64,000 nucleotides of DNA from the IMG/VR virus record IMGVR_UViG_2844571421_000002, positions 1 through 64,000 of that record. One strand, written 5' to 3'. This DNA is from a virus. Lineage: Duplodnaviria > Caudoviricetes. Within the stretch, counting starts at the first letter, position 1. Each line of letters starts with the position of its first letter. Under the pieces are notes generated by a model. That model did not search any database and had not been told where the DNA came from. It worked only from the letters and a program-made list of their open reading frames with translations. Shown piece by piece: positions 8,414 to 16,819 of the stretch. The position numbers and the translations under genes were made by a program.

Positions 8414-10792
8414 TCAATATCTCCCGTTCAGCCACTCGCCATTGCCGCGACGTCGGCCCGCTTCGCGCTTCATTTCGATATAAACTTGTCGTGCTGTCTC
8501 GGCGGGGTCATGCGCGGCCTGAATCACAATCTGCCCAACGCTGACGTTGCCGCCACTCACCGGGACAGCAGGGCTCGACGTGACGGGCGATGCACCATGC
8601 ACAGTTTGTGACTGCCCAGTAATCGGGTCCTGTGCGTTGAACCTCGCAAGCGCCACCTTGAAGCCGGAGGGAACGTTGCTGAGCGCCTCGGTTGCCTTCT
8701 TCGTGGCGTTGGCGTTCTCCCACTGAGCGACAGCGGCGGCTGAGTTCGCGGCGGCAGACTCGTAAGTCGTATCGCGCAGCGTGTTCAACGCCCCGTCGAC
8801 TTGGTCCATCGGAACTTTCATGCTGTCGAGTCCCCGCGCCATCTTCTCGAAGGCGCCACCGACAACCGGAATCTTGCTGAGCGCGCGGAAGACACCGGCA
8901 ATGAAACCGATGATGCCGTTCCACACCGTGCCTACGCCCCTCACGACGTAGAGGATTCCCATCGCCACGATGCGCACGACGGCGAAGAAAGCCTTCATGA
9001 TGGGGCCAGCAAGCAGCGCCAGCGGCTGAGTCAGCGCGACGAGAATCTGTCCCAACACGCTGATGAGCGGGGCGAGTCCCTGGAACAGCGTGCCGAGCAC
9101 CTCCAGCACCGGGGCAATCGCCTGGAGCGGCGCGAGCAGCATTTCGAGCACCGGCACAACTGCGTCGAGCAGCGGCGCCACCATGTTGAAGGCGGACGCG
9201 AGGAGCGGCAGCACGGGGGCCAGCACGCGGCCGATGGCATCGGCAACGAACTGGATGAAGCTCGCCGTCATCTGAATCAGCGTGGCGAACGTCGAGCTTT
9301 GCGCGAGCAGCTCGGCGACCACGGCGATGACGCCGCCCCACACGCCACCCACGAGCATCCCTTGCTCGAAGCGCTCGAACAGCTCGTAGAGCCCGCCCAG
9401 GGCCTGCGTGAAGCGGCTCGTAAGGGAGCGCTTCGCTTCGTCGACAGCGCGCGCCAGCGCGTCCGCGAGTTCCTTCGCCTTCTTCCGGGCGACCTGTTCG
9501 ATGACTGCCGCGACGTTGCCGACGCTCGTCAGGAACTCCTTCGCGTTGAAGTTCCCAATCTGGACGCGGCCCGCTTCGATTTCCGGCCCAGCGGATGGCG
9601 TGCGCAGCTTGCCCTTCGGCCCGCCGAGCATGTCGTCGAAGACGCCGCCGAACTTCTCACGGAGGAATGCCGCAGCGTCACCGCCGAGCAGCTTCACGCC
9701 ATCGAAGGCGTAGCCCGCGCCATAGGAGACGTCCGCCCAAACGGAATCGAAGCCGTCCTTCAGCTTGCCAAGCGCGCCGTCGGCGAAGCCCTTCAACCCG
9801 CCGAGCAGCGCGTCGCCGTTCAGGTCCTTCAACCCCTCAAGCGAGGCCGCGACGCCGTCGAGGTTGAGCGCGCGCGCCAGAGGCGCAGCCATGCGTGCCA
9901 GGTTGCGCACCACGAAGGCGAACGCTTCGAGCTGCCCGCGTGCCCACGTCCCGACAATGGCCCCAAGCCCCGTGAAGAGTTCCCGGAAGAAGGCCACGGC
10001 ACGACCAGCAACTTCGGTGACGCCCCGCCAAGCAGACACGAACGCATCGCGCATGCCGGTGCTCGCGTCGTTCCACGCCTTGTAAAGCGTGCCCGCCAGA
10101 AGCACTACGCCTGCAACGGCGAGCGCGACAGCCGCCAGAGGCGCAGCCACCACGAGGATTCGCGCGGCGGCATTGCGGAAGGCCACAGCAAAGCCCGCGT
10201 CGACCTGCTCAGCCCCCTTCGCGACTTTCTTCAGGTTGCCTTCAACAACGGGCGTCTCCCCACGGACGAAGCCGGAGAAGCGCACGACGGCCTTTCCCGC
10301 ACCGTCCAGCGCCGGGACGACAACCGTATTCACAATTTCGGCAGTGCTTTTGACGACGCCAGCGGCAGTCCCCAGCGCGCCACCCGCGAGCGCCGCCGCA
10401 GTCCCCCACACCAGCATTGTCCCAACGGACTGCTTCACCGACGGCTCTAGCCGTTGGAACCACCCGAGCGCATGTTCGAGGACTTCGGAGAGTCTCTCAA
10501 TGTGCGGAAGGATGGCTTCGCCGATTTCAGCGAAGACGTTGGTGAAGATGAGCTTGATTCTGTCGAGCCGCTCGGTGACGCCGCTATCGAATTCAGCCAC
10601 CGCGGCAAGCGCGCTATACAGGCCCACGCTGAACAGCGCGCCGATTCCACCAATCTTCTTCCCGAGCTTTTCGACTTTGTCGGCCGTCTGCGCAACGTCC
10701 GCGACAACGCGCCGCATGGACTTGGAGAACTCGCCGACGGCGGCCGTGACGACGACATACAAGTCGCCAACTTTCAAACCGCCGCCAGCCAT
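8414..10792 (-). CDS. Tape measure protein
   Basis: 792 aa, Ala/Gly/Leu-rich amphipathic repeats; N-terminal VGDLYVVVTA; follows the tail chaperone pair. Confidence 0.88.
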   Translation of the reverse strand: MAGGGLKVGDLYVVVTAAVGEFSKSMRRVVADVAQTADKVEKLGKKIGGIGALFSVGLYSALAAVAEFDSGVTERLDRIKLIFTNVFAEIGEAILPHIERLSEVLEHALGWFQRLEPSVKQSVGTMLVWGTAAALAGGALGTAAGVVKSTAEIVNTVVVPALDGAGKAVVRFSGFVRGETPVVEGNLKKVAKGAEQVDAGFAVAFRNAAARILVVAAPLAAVALAVAGVVLLAGTLYKAWNDASTGMRDAFVSAWRGVTEVAGRAVAFFRELFTGLGAIVGTWARGQLEAFAFVVRNLARMAAPLARALNLDGVAASLEGLKDLNGDALLGGLKGFADGALGKLKDGFDSVWADVSYGAGYAFDGVKLLGGDAAAFLREKFGGVFDDMLGGPKGKLRTPSAGPEIEAGRVQIGNFNAKEFLTSVGNVAAVIEQVARKKAKELADALARAVDEAKRSLTSRFTQALGGLYELFERFEQGMLVGGVWGGVIAVVAELLAQSSTFATLIQMTASFIQFVADAIGRVLAPVLPLLASAFNMVAPLLDAVVPVLEMLLAPLQAIAPVLEVLGTLFQGLAPLISVLGQILVALTQPLALLAGPIMKAFFAVVRIVAMGILYVVRGVGTVWNGIIGFIAGVFRALSKIPVVGGAFEKMARGLDSMKVPMDQVDGALNTLRDTTYESAAANSAAAVAQWENANATKKATEALSNVPSGFKVALARFNAQDPITGQSQTVHGASPVTSSPAVPVSGGNVSVGQIVIQAAHDPAETARQVYIEMKREAGRRRGNGEWLNGRY

Positions 10793-10798
10793 GACGAA

Positions 10799-11017
10799 TC
10801 ACCTCTTGCGCAAACGCCGAATGGATTGCTGGCCCGGCTGCGACGCGCCTGGAGCCGGTTGGTTGGAAGAGCGCCTTTCGAGTTCGTCAGCCTCTCTTCG
10901 CGCATAGGCGACGAGCCCGACGACATCCTCGTAAGGCATTGCACGAACAGCGTCGGGCGGCAGTTTCAGGAGAGAGGCAACCCCGTAGAGCAGGCTCGCT
11001 TCGGGGTCGCCGTCTAT
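10799..11017 (-). CDS. gpT-like C-terminal extension of the tail assembly chaperone, reached by -1 frameshift
   Basis: The -1 frame after G-GGA-AAA stays open for 72 codons (IDGDPEASLLYGVASLLKLPPDAVRAMPYE...RKR) to TGA at 10799. It has no start codon of its own and is missed by the ORF track. Confidence 0.78.
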   Translation of the reverse strand: MDGDPEASLLYGVASLLKLPPDAVRAMPYEDVVGLVAYARREADELERRSSNQPAPGASQPGQQSIRRLRKR

Positions 11018-11367
11018 TTTCCCCGCATCTTCTCTTCGCTGACGTTGAAGACGTCCGTCAGGTCCGTCGCGAGGTCTTCAAGCCACGACTCATCGAGCAG
11101 CTCGTCGATGTCGTTGACGGAGAACATCGGGCGGCCCGTCTCCGCGTCGTGCAGCACGCAGACGGCGATGCGCCCCAGCATCCGCGCTCCGGCCCTGTCT
11201 CCCGTAGGCTCGTTCTTCTCCGTCATCTCCCCAGCTTCGCGGGCCTGCTCAATCAGCCGCAGCCGGTCGCCCATCGTCGGCTTGATGATGTTCACCTTGA
11301 CGCCGTCCACCTCTACCGACTTCAGGACGCGGCGATTCTTCGCAAGCAGCTTGTGCTTGTTCGACAT
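11014..11367 (-). CDS. Tail assembly chaperone (gpG-like)
   Basis: 117 aa immediately upstream of TMP, ending in slippery GGGAAAA (11023-11017); protein identical to 51592-51945. Confidence 0.82.
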   Translation of the reverse strand: MSNKHKLLAKNRRVLKSVEVDGVKVNIIKPTMGDRLRLIEQAREAGEMTEKNEPTGDRAGARMLGRIAVCVLHDAETGRPMFSVNDIDELLDESWLEDLATDLTDVFNVSEEKMRGK

Positions 11368-11399
11368 GGGCTCTCCTTTGGGCGTGAAACGTGGGTGAC

Positions 11400-12062
11400 T
11401 CAGGGCGTGCCGTAGCCCCAGGCGAAAGCGGCACCGTCCTGCGACTGGAAGGCGAAGCCGAGGAACTTCACGGTGTGCTCGTACAGGGCCCCGGGCGTCA
11501 GCTTGTGAGACAGCTCAGGCACCTTCACCCACGCGCGGAAGACTTGGGCCCCGGACGCCTTGCCAACCTCGATGAGCAGCGGAGTCCCGTCGGCCAGCGC
11601 TTCAACCTCGCGCTCAGTGAGGGCCAGCCCCGTCAGCTCCCCCGAGAAGTCCCGGAGCGACACCGAACGCCGCTTGTAGGCGTCTCCCATGACTTGCAGC
11701 TCGACGACGTCGTTCGTCACCGTCAGGGAGATGGAGCGCACGAGGGCGAGCTGTTGGACGGGCAACGCGTAGCCGGAGACGCGCACGAGAGCCGACGGGC
11801 CCGGAGCGCTGGCAAGCTGGACGTCGCCGAAGAGCGGGTCGACGAAGGCTTCGGCAGGTGTCCAGGCGTCGACATCCCCGCTGGGGGAAACCTCAACGAG
11901 CACGGGCGCTCCCGGATTGAGTCGCCGAAGCTCGGGGTCCGCGATTCGGAATTCGGTCCCCGTGAAGTCGGGCGCGGGCATGGGCACGGCTTCGGCTTCG
12001 AGGAACTCGGCAGGCTCACCAGCGACAGACAGCGAGCCGACATGCGCAGCGATGGCGGCCAT
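11400..12062 (-). CDS. Tail-associated protein, possibly a second tube-like protein
   Basis: 220 aa between tube and chaperone; C-terminal half (NDVVELQVMGDAYKRRSVSLRDFSGELTG) parallels the tube protein motif (GDFVETNYLGGSGYKSRVQTLKDTSADLSG). Confidence 0.5.
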   Translation of the reverse strand: MAAIAAHVGSLSVAGEPAEFLEAEAVPMPAPDFTGTEFRIADPELRRLNPGAPVLVEVSPSGDVDAWTPAEAFVDPLFGDVQLASAPGPSALVRVSGYALPVQQLALVRSISLTVTNDVVELQVMGDAYKRRSVSLRDFSGELTGLALTEREVEALADGTPLLIEVGKASGAQVFRAWVKVPELSHKLTPGALYEHTVKFLGFAFQSQDGAAFAWGYGTP

Positions 12063-12487
12063 CAGACGGCCACCGGGGCGCCATTGCCCAAGAGCTTGCA
12101 GGTGAACTCCACGACACCACCCGGGGTCAGCTTCTCGTCGTAGCTGTTGACGACCATCGGGATGCGCTTGCCCTTGGAGCCTGCCGAGGCGCTGGGGTCG
12201 AAGACGAACATCACGTAGACGGTGCTCCCGTCGTCGCGCGCGTCACGCAGCACGGACTGCGGCGCGTCGCCCTCCATGAAGTGTCCCGACAGGTCCGCGC
12301 TGGTGTCCTTCAGCGTCTGGACGCGGGACTTGTAGCCCGAGCCGCCGAGGTAATTCGTCTCGACGAAGTCGCCCGTCTCGCTGAGCGACGCATCCGTCAG
12401 GCCGTCGACGCGGTCAGCGGCCTGCGTGGCACTCGTGTCTGAGCGCACCGAAACACTGTCGAGGTGAGCAGCAACAGGGGTGGACAT
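12062..12487 (-). CDS. Major tail (tube) protein
   Basis: 141 aa, beta-rich, ends in GGVVEFTCKLLGNGAP; expected position in the tail operon. Confidence 0.7.
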   Translation of the reverse strand: MSTPVAAHLDSVSVRSDTSATQAADRVDGLTDASLSETGDFVETNYLGGSGYKSRVQTLKDTSADLSGHFMEGDAPQSVLRDARDDGSTVYVMFVFDPSASAGSKGKRIPMVVNSYDEKLTPGGVVEFTCKLLGNGAPVAV

Positions 12488-12495
12488 GCGAATAC

Positions 12496-12912
12496 CTACC
12501 GGCCCGGGAAGAGCCGCGAGAGGGTTGAAAGAATCTGGGCCGCCACCAACTTGCGGAACTTCGCGCGCCCCCGACGGGCGGGCTTGCGCAGGAAGTGGAC
12601 CGGCGTGGCGAACCGTTGCTCGCCCCAGTGAAACCCTTCGTGAATGGCGCCCGCAGCGTCGTGGGCATACCCAGCCGTCGCGCTGACGCTCGCCTTCGCG
12701 TCGTTCAGCTCCGGGCCGTCGACAAACCCGGAAGTGCTCAGCGGCGGCTTGCCGTCTGTGTCCCGAGCGCCCACAGGCACCAGGGCGCGACTCGCCTGAA
12801 GCACCGTCGACGCGTGTTCGCGAGTCAAAGGCGCCAGGTCGGCGAGTACGGGCCGCTCCACCTTCCGCAGCTTGTCGAGCAGCCTGAAATCAAGAGCAAC
12901 TTTGAGTGGCAT
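12496..12912 (-). CDS. HK97 gp10-like neck/tail-completion protein
   Basis: LVPV...L..S...IHEG...HFLRKP pattern, basic C-terminus. Confidence 0.6.
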   Translation of the reverse strand: MPLKVALDFRLLDKLRKVERPVLADLAPLTREHASTVLQASRALVPVGARDTDGKPPLSTSGFVDGPELNDAKASVSATAGYAHDAAGAIHEGFHWGEQRFATPVHFLRKPARRGRAKFRKLVAAQILSTLSRLFPGR

Positions 12913-12920
12913 TGCCCCCG

Positions 12921-12951
12921 GTAAATGCGTGCGCTTTCTCGCCGTGGCTCA
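12921..12951 (-). promoter_or_regulatory. Putative phage-sigma promoter for the tail genes
   Basis: TGAGCC-ACGGCGAGAAAG-CGCACGCATTTAC, 8 nt before ATG 12912; the TGA is the stop codon of the upstream gene. Confidence 0.72.
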
Positions 12952-13368
12952 CGCGCCCAGGTCGATGAAGGAGGCATCCACGGTGAAGGTCCACCAATGC
13001 CGGTCGCTCCCGTCAGTGCCGACGTAGTTGGGGCTGCCTTCGTCCACCTCAATCAGCACGTAGCCCGCGGCATTCACGAGATGCAGCACGTCGAGGGCCG
13101 CGAGCGCGAGCGCCTGTCCCTCTCTGAAGCTCTCACGCGCCGAGCGCACGCGGACCTGACAGGTGACAGTCCGGTACGTCTTGCGTCCCCCGCCGATGTA
13201 GCTCTGCGGCGGCTCCCCTCCGGTTTGCAACACGAAGCACGCAACGTCCGGCACCGTGGCGTCGTCGTCTTCGAGCGTCGGGCCGAGAAACAGGTTGGCC
13301 CCGGCGCTCAGGTTGAGGCCCCCAGCGGCGAGAATCGTCGCGAGGTCGGCAGCAGTGTCGCGGGCCAT
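12949..13368 (-). CDS. Tail terminator / minor capsid-type completion protein; start ATG 13368
   Basis: 139 aa; TAATG overlap with the upstream gene; CQVRVRS and WWTFTV segments typical of tail-completion proteins. Confidence 0.6.
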   Translation of the reverse strand: MARDTAADLATILAAGGLNLSAGANLFLGPTLEDDDATVPDVACFVLQTGGEPPQSYIGGGRKTYRTVTCQVRVRSARESFREGQALALAALDVLHLVNAAGYVLIEVDEGSPNYVGTDGSDRHWWTFTVDASFIDLGA

Positions 13369-13691
13369 TAGAGCCAAACCTTCCGGTAGCGCAGGACGCC
13401 CGCCCCGTCGACGTGCTCGTCAACGGCGGCAGGGCGACGGGCGTGGTTGAAGTCGGTGATGTCGTCGCCCTTGAACCAAAGCCGGTGGCGCAGGGTGACG
13501 GGTGCTTCGGTGTAGACGACGAAGGAGGCGACGAACTCGGCGCCGTTGGCGTCGCGAATCAGCTTTCGACTCGGCTGGATGCGCGCGGGAGCTTCCTGGA
13601 TGGGGCCCAGCAGAGGAGTCCCCCACGCGTCGCGTCCGACGACTTCGGCGTAGCGGATGAGCTGCCGAAAGAGCGCGGCTGGCCCACTCAT
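13368..13691 (-). CDS. Head-closure / stopper protein; start ATG 13691
   Basis: 107 aa (MSGPAALFRQ...YRKVWL); TGATG overlap; paralog at 53945-54268. Confidence 0.6.
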   Translation of the reverse strand: MSGPAALFRQLIRYAEVVGRDAWGTPLLGPIQEAPARIQPSRKLIRDANGAEFVASFVVYTEAPVTLRHRLWFKGDDITDFNHARRPAAVDEHVDGAGVLRYRKVWL

Positions 13692-14347
13692 CAACTCGCC
13701 CTCCACAGGACGTGCGGCGCGACGAGCAGCTCGGCGCGGGGACTGGCAAGCCGCTGGCCCGCGCTTCGCTCCCGGTAGCTCACGGACCAATCCCCGAGAC
13801 TCTCGCTGGACACGTCGGCATCCCGCCCCCGGCCCCGGTACAGCGCGCAGGCTTCGAGGATGGCGGCCTCTTCGACTTCGGAGGGCAGGGTCACGGGCCC
13901 CTGAGACGCGTCGAGGGCCACTTGCCCCGGCGTCACGTAGCCTCCTGTGTACGTCACGGCCAGCGCATCGGGGCGCCCCTGCCGCATCTCCACTGTCAGG
14001 GTGACGAGTCCGCCGACGCGCGCCGTCACGGGCCACAATCCGGCAAGCCGGTAGAGGAGGCCCCCCGCCGCGAGGTCCCCGGCATGGGTATAGGCCGTGG
14101 CGTCGAGCAGCTCGCCCCCTTCCGTCACATGGAGGACTTCGACGAGCGGCGGGCGGCTCAGGAGGACGTAGGGGCGGCCGTAGCTGTCCGGGTACTCCGT
14201 CACCGTGGCCCGCTCGAAGGCCCGGCCGCACAGCCTCGCGATTGCACTGCTGGCGGCAGTGACGTAGCGCTCGACGTGCGAGTCGGAGGGCACGCCCAGG
14301 TCGGCGGCCACGGTGGCGGCAAGGCAGAGGTCAGTCGGGCGGGCCAT
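13691..14347 (-). CDS. Head-tail adaptor (gp6-like) protein
   Basis: 218 aa; VERYVTAASSAIARLCGR, LPSEVEEAAI and SESLGDWSVSY are typical adaptor segments. Confidence 0.7.
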   Translation of the reverse strand: MARPTDLCLAATVAADLGVPSDSHVERYVTAASSAIARLCGRAFERATVTEYPDSYGRPYVLLSRPPLVEVLHVTEGGELLDATAYTHAGDLAAGGLLYRLAGLWPVTARVGGLVTLTVEMRQGRPDALAVTYTGGYVTPGQVALDASQGPVTLPSEVEEAAILEACALYRGRGRDADVSSESLGDWSVSYRERSAGQRLASPRAELLVAPHVLWRAS

Positions 14348-14437
14348 GGAAGGGGCTCAGGACGGCGTAGGAACGACGAAGCCGGGGCCCCCAGGGGAAA
14401 GGGAGCCCCGGCCCGGGAAATGAGGCATGGCGCGGCG

Positions 14438-14851
14438 CTAGGTGGCGGGAATCTCGTCCGGCCCGCACAGGACAATCAGGCTGGAGGCGCCCAGGGTGGG
14501 AGACGTGCCCCCCGTGAGGGCCACCGTCTCGACGACTCGGAGGTAGCGCTGCGCCGTAGGGAGCCGGACGTTGACCCGGGCCACCGCGTTTGCCGTCGTC
14601 AGCGGCGCGATGGCGGCTTCGGACAGGTCCGTCCATCCGTTCTGGCCATCGGCGCTGTCCTGGAGCTTCGCAGCCAGCGACAGCGCTGTCGGGGCGCCCG
14701 TAGCTGCCCCCGTCGAGGCCGTCAGCACGCACGAGTCGAAGCTGAAGCGGTCGACAGCGGCACTGTTTCGCGTCCCCGCGCTCACTGCGGCGGGCACAGT
14801 CCCGGGGCGAATGCCGACGAGCACGCCCGCGTCGGTGGAATTGGCGTTCAT
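14438..14851 (-). CDS. Putative capsid decoration protein; start ATG 14851
   Basis: 137 aa, small and beta-rich, directly after the major capsid gene; paralog at 55014-55427. Confidence 0.55.
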   Translation of the reverse strand: MNANSTDAGVLVGIRPGTVPAAVSAGTRNSAAVDRFSFDSCVLTASTGAATGAPTALSLAAKLQDSADGQNGWTDLSEAAIAPLTTANAVARVNVRLPTAQRYLRVVETVALTGGTSPTLGASSLIVLCGPDEIPAT

Positions 14852-14862
14852 GGTGGGGCCTC

Positions 14863-15951
14863 TCAGGTGTAGGTGATGGAGCTGAACGCCTTCGGCTGGC
14901 GGACCTTGAAGTCGCCCTTCACGATGGCGCGAACCGTCGTCTCGTCGTACTCGGCGCGGACGTCGTGTTCCGACAGGATGAGGTCTTCGTCGATGCCGTA
15001 GATGAACTGTCGCCAGTCCGCCGAGAAGGTGATGCGCGACACCGGCACGCGGGTCGTCATCACGAAGGGGAAGCCGCGAATCGTCCCCCGGTCGAGCATC
15101 TCCTGGCGGAACACCCAGACGCCGGAATTCTGGAGCTGAAGGAGCGCCGTCGCCCGCGTCGGGTGAAGCACCCACGCCGCGTTGCCCATGCGCACATGCG
15201 CCGTCAGCGGCAGTTCGACGGCCTTGTCGATGTCGGCCAAGTAGGCCGCTGCCGTCGTCCCAGTGGAAGCGAAGGTGTGCGCGGCGTCGAGCTGAGCGAA
15301 GAGCCCCTTCGGCGCGGCGCCCGTACCGTCCCCGTTGAAGCCCGCGTCGTCCAGGCCATCGGCCACCGTCGCCCGGATGTCCTCGCCGACGCCCGCGTCA
15401 CCCACGCCCGGCGTGCGCAGCAAGTCGTTGCTGATGTCGGTCAGCACCATGCCCTTGTGCGCCTTGAGGACAATCTTCCCGTACTTCGGCGCGCTCTTCG
15501 GCACCGTCTCGCCCTCCCCTACCCACTTGAAGACGGACGTCCCGGTCTGCTTGCCCATGTGCAGCTCGCCCTTGAATGTCTGGGTGCGCACGCCCAGCTT
15601 GAGCATCGCCGCGTCGGGACGAAGGAACTCAATCACTTCGCCGCTCTGCTGGATGGGCACCAGCACACCGGCCGAGTCGAACTTGCTGAGCTGAACGGCC
15701 TTCTGGACGTCGGCGTTGCCGAAGCGCTTCGCGGCGTCGACCAGTTCGGCAGCTCCGGTGCGGCGGCCCGCCGCGATGACGCTCTTCGCGAAGGCACCGA
15801 AGTTCTCCGTGCTCGCGTAGACGCCAGTCCCGCGCGGCGCGTTGCCCGGCTCAGCCCGGCCCGGGGCGCTTCGAGCGGCGGCGTCCATCAGCTCTCGCGC
15901 GACCTCGGGGCCGAGCGCCTTCACCATCTGTGCGATTTGCTCGCGAGTCAT
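14863..15951 (-). CDS. Major capsid protein (HK97 fold)
   Basis: 362 aa; GVLVPIQQSGEVIEFLR, KWVGEGE, GFNGDGTGAAPKG and WVLHP segments typical of the HK97 family. Confidence 0.88.
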   Translation of the reverse strand: MTREQIAQMVKALGPEVARELMDAAARSAPGRAEPGNAPRGTGVYASTENFGAFAKSVIAAGRRTGAAELVDAAKRFGNADVQKAVQLSKFDSAGVLVPIQQSGEVIEFLRPDAAMLKLGVRTQTFKGELHMGKQTGTSVFKWVGEGETVPKSAPKYGKIVLKAHKGMVLTDISNDLLRTPGVGDAGVGEDIRATVADGLDDAGFNGDGTGAAPKGLFAQLDAAHTFASTGTTAAAYLADIDKAVELPLTAHVRMGNAAWVLHPTRATALLQLQNSGVWVFRQEMLDRGTIRGFPFVMTTRVPVSRITFSADWRQFIYGIDEDLILSEHDVRAEYDETTVRAIVKGDFKVRQPKAFSSITYT

Positions 15952-16781
15952 TCCTTCACTCCTCGGATGTAGCCCTTGAATGCCTCGACGAAGCTCTTCG
16001 CGGCGTCGGCGGCGTTGAAACCCTTCGTCTCGTCTTCGTCCTCGTCGGGCTCGCTCTTCTGCTCGTCCTCGACGTCTTCCTCACTCGTCGACTTCGATTC
16101 GTCCTCGACGTCTTCGTCGTCGGGCTCGCTCTTCTGCTCGTCCTCGACGTCTTCGTCGGTCGACTTCGCTTCGTCTTCGTCGGTCGACTTCGCTTCGGCC
16201 CGTGCGTCGAGCAGCTCGACAACGCGCGTCGCAATGCGTTCAACGAGGTCGTCGGGCGCTTCGTCCAGGGACTTCGAGCGCACGGCCCGCGAGTTTCCCG
16301 GAATCGTCACGACGGAGACTTCGAGCAGTTCCTGTGCGTCGCAGTCGTAGCCGCCGCGCTCGTTCTGCCGATACTGGCCAGGGAGCATGAGGTAACGGAC
16401 GGAAACGGCATTCAGGATGCCCTTTGAAACCTTGCGTTCGACCTTCTTCGCGAACTCGTCTTCGTCGTCGAATTCGATGTCCACCATCAGGGCGTCGCCC
16501 TCGACGTAGACGCGCCCCTTCCCAATGGGCAACTGCGGCTCAGCGCCCGTCATCGCGGCGCTCGCCCCGTCATCGTGGTTGTAGAGGACGACGCCGTTCG
16601 CGTTGTAGCCGTCCACCCGCCAGCCTTTGACGTTCAGCCGGTCCGAGTAGCGGTCGAAGTCGCCGTCACTCGCTTTGAACTTGAAGACGCGTCGTCCGCC
16701 AATGGACTCGACGGCGCTCAACGTCGCCGCGTCCTTTCGAACGGCGCTCAGCCGCAGGGAGCGTGTAATGGTTCCAGTCAT
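15948..16781 (-). CDS. HK97-family prohead maturation protease with acidic low-complexity tail
   Basis: DRYSDR, VLYNHD, AVSVRY and ELLEVSVVTIPGN motifs. Confidence 0.85.
   Translation of the reverse strand: MTGTITRSLRLSAVRKDAATLSAVESIGGRRVFKFKASDGDFDRYSDRLNVKGWRVDGYNANGVVLYNHDDGASAAMTGAEPQLPIGKGRVYVEGDALMVDIEFDDEDEFAKKVERKVSKGILNAVSVRYLMLPGQYRQNERGGYDCDAQELLEVSVVTIPGNSRAVRSKSLDEAPDDLVERIATRVVELLDARAEAKSTDEDEAKSTDEDVEDEQKSEPDDEDVEDESKSTSEEDVEDEQKSEPDEDEDETKGFNAADAAKSFVEAFKGYIRGVKE
16042..16197. repeat. Coding tandem repeats in the protease tail
   Basis: 38-nt repeat at 16042-16079 and 16117-16154; 24-nt repeat at 16150-16173 and 16174-16197. Confidence 0.8.
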
Positions 16782-16788
16782 GCCCCCG

Positions 16789-16819
16789 GTAAATGCGTGC
16801 GACTTCTGCGGATGGCTCA
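16789..16819 (-). promoter_or_regulatory. Putative phage-sigma promoter for protease and capsid
   Basis: TGAGCC-ATCCGCAGAAGT-CGCACGCATTTAC, 7 nt before ATG 16781; the TGA is the portal stop codon. Confidence 0.72.

Noticed and set aside
8801-10450. Long opposite-strand ORFs such as 8801-10450, 16793-18499, 23172-24662, 45526-46920, 49877-51730 and 59366-61012
   Set aside because: These are shadow frames of GC3-biased genes; they have no recognisable motifs and are interrupted differently in the two prophage copies.
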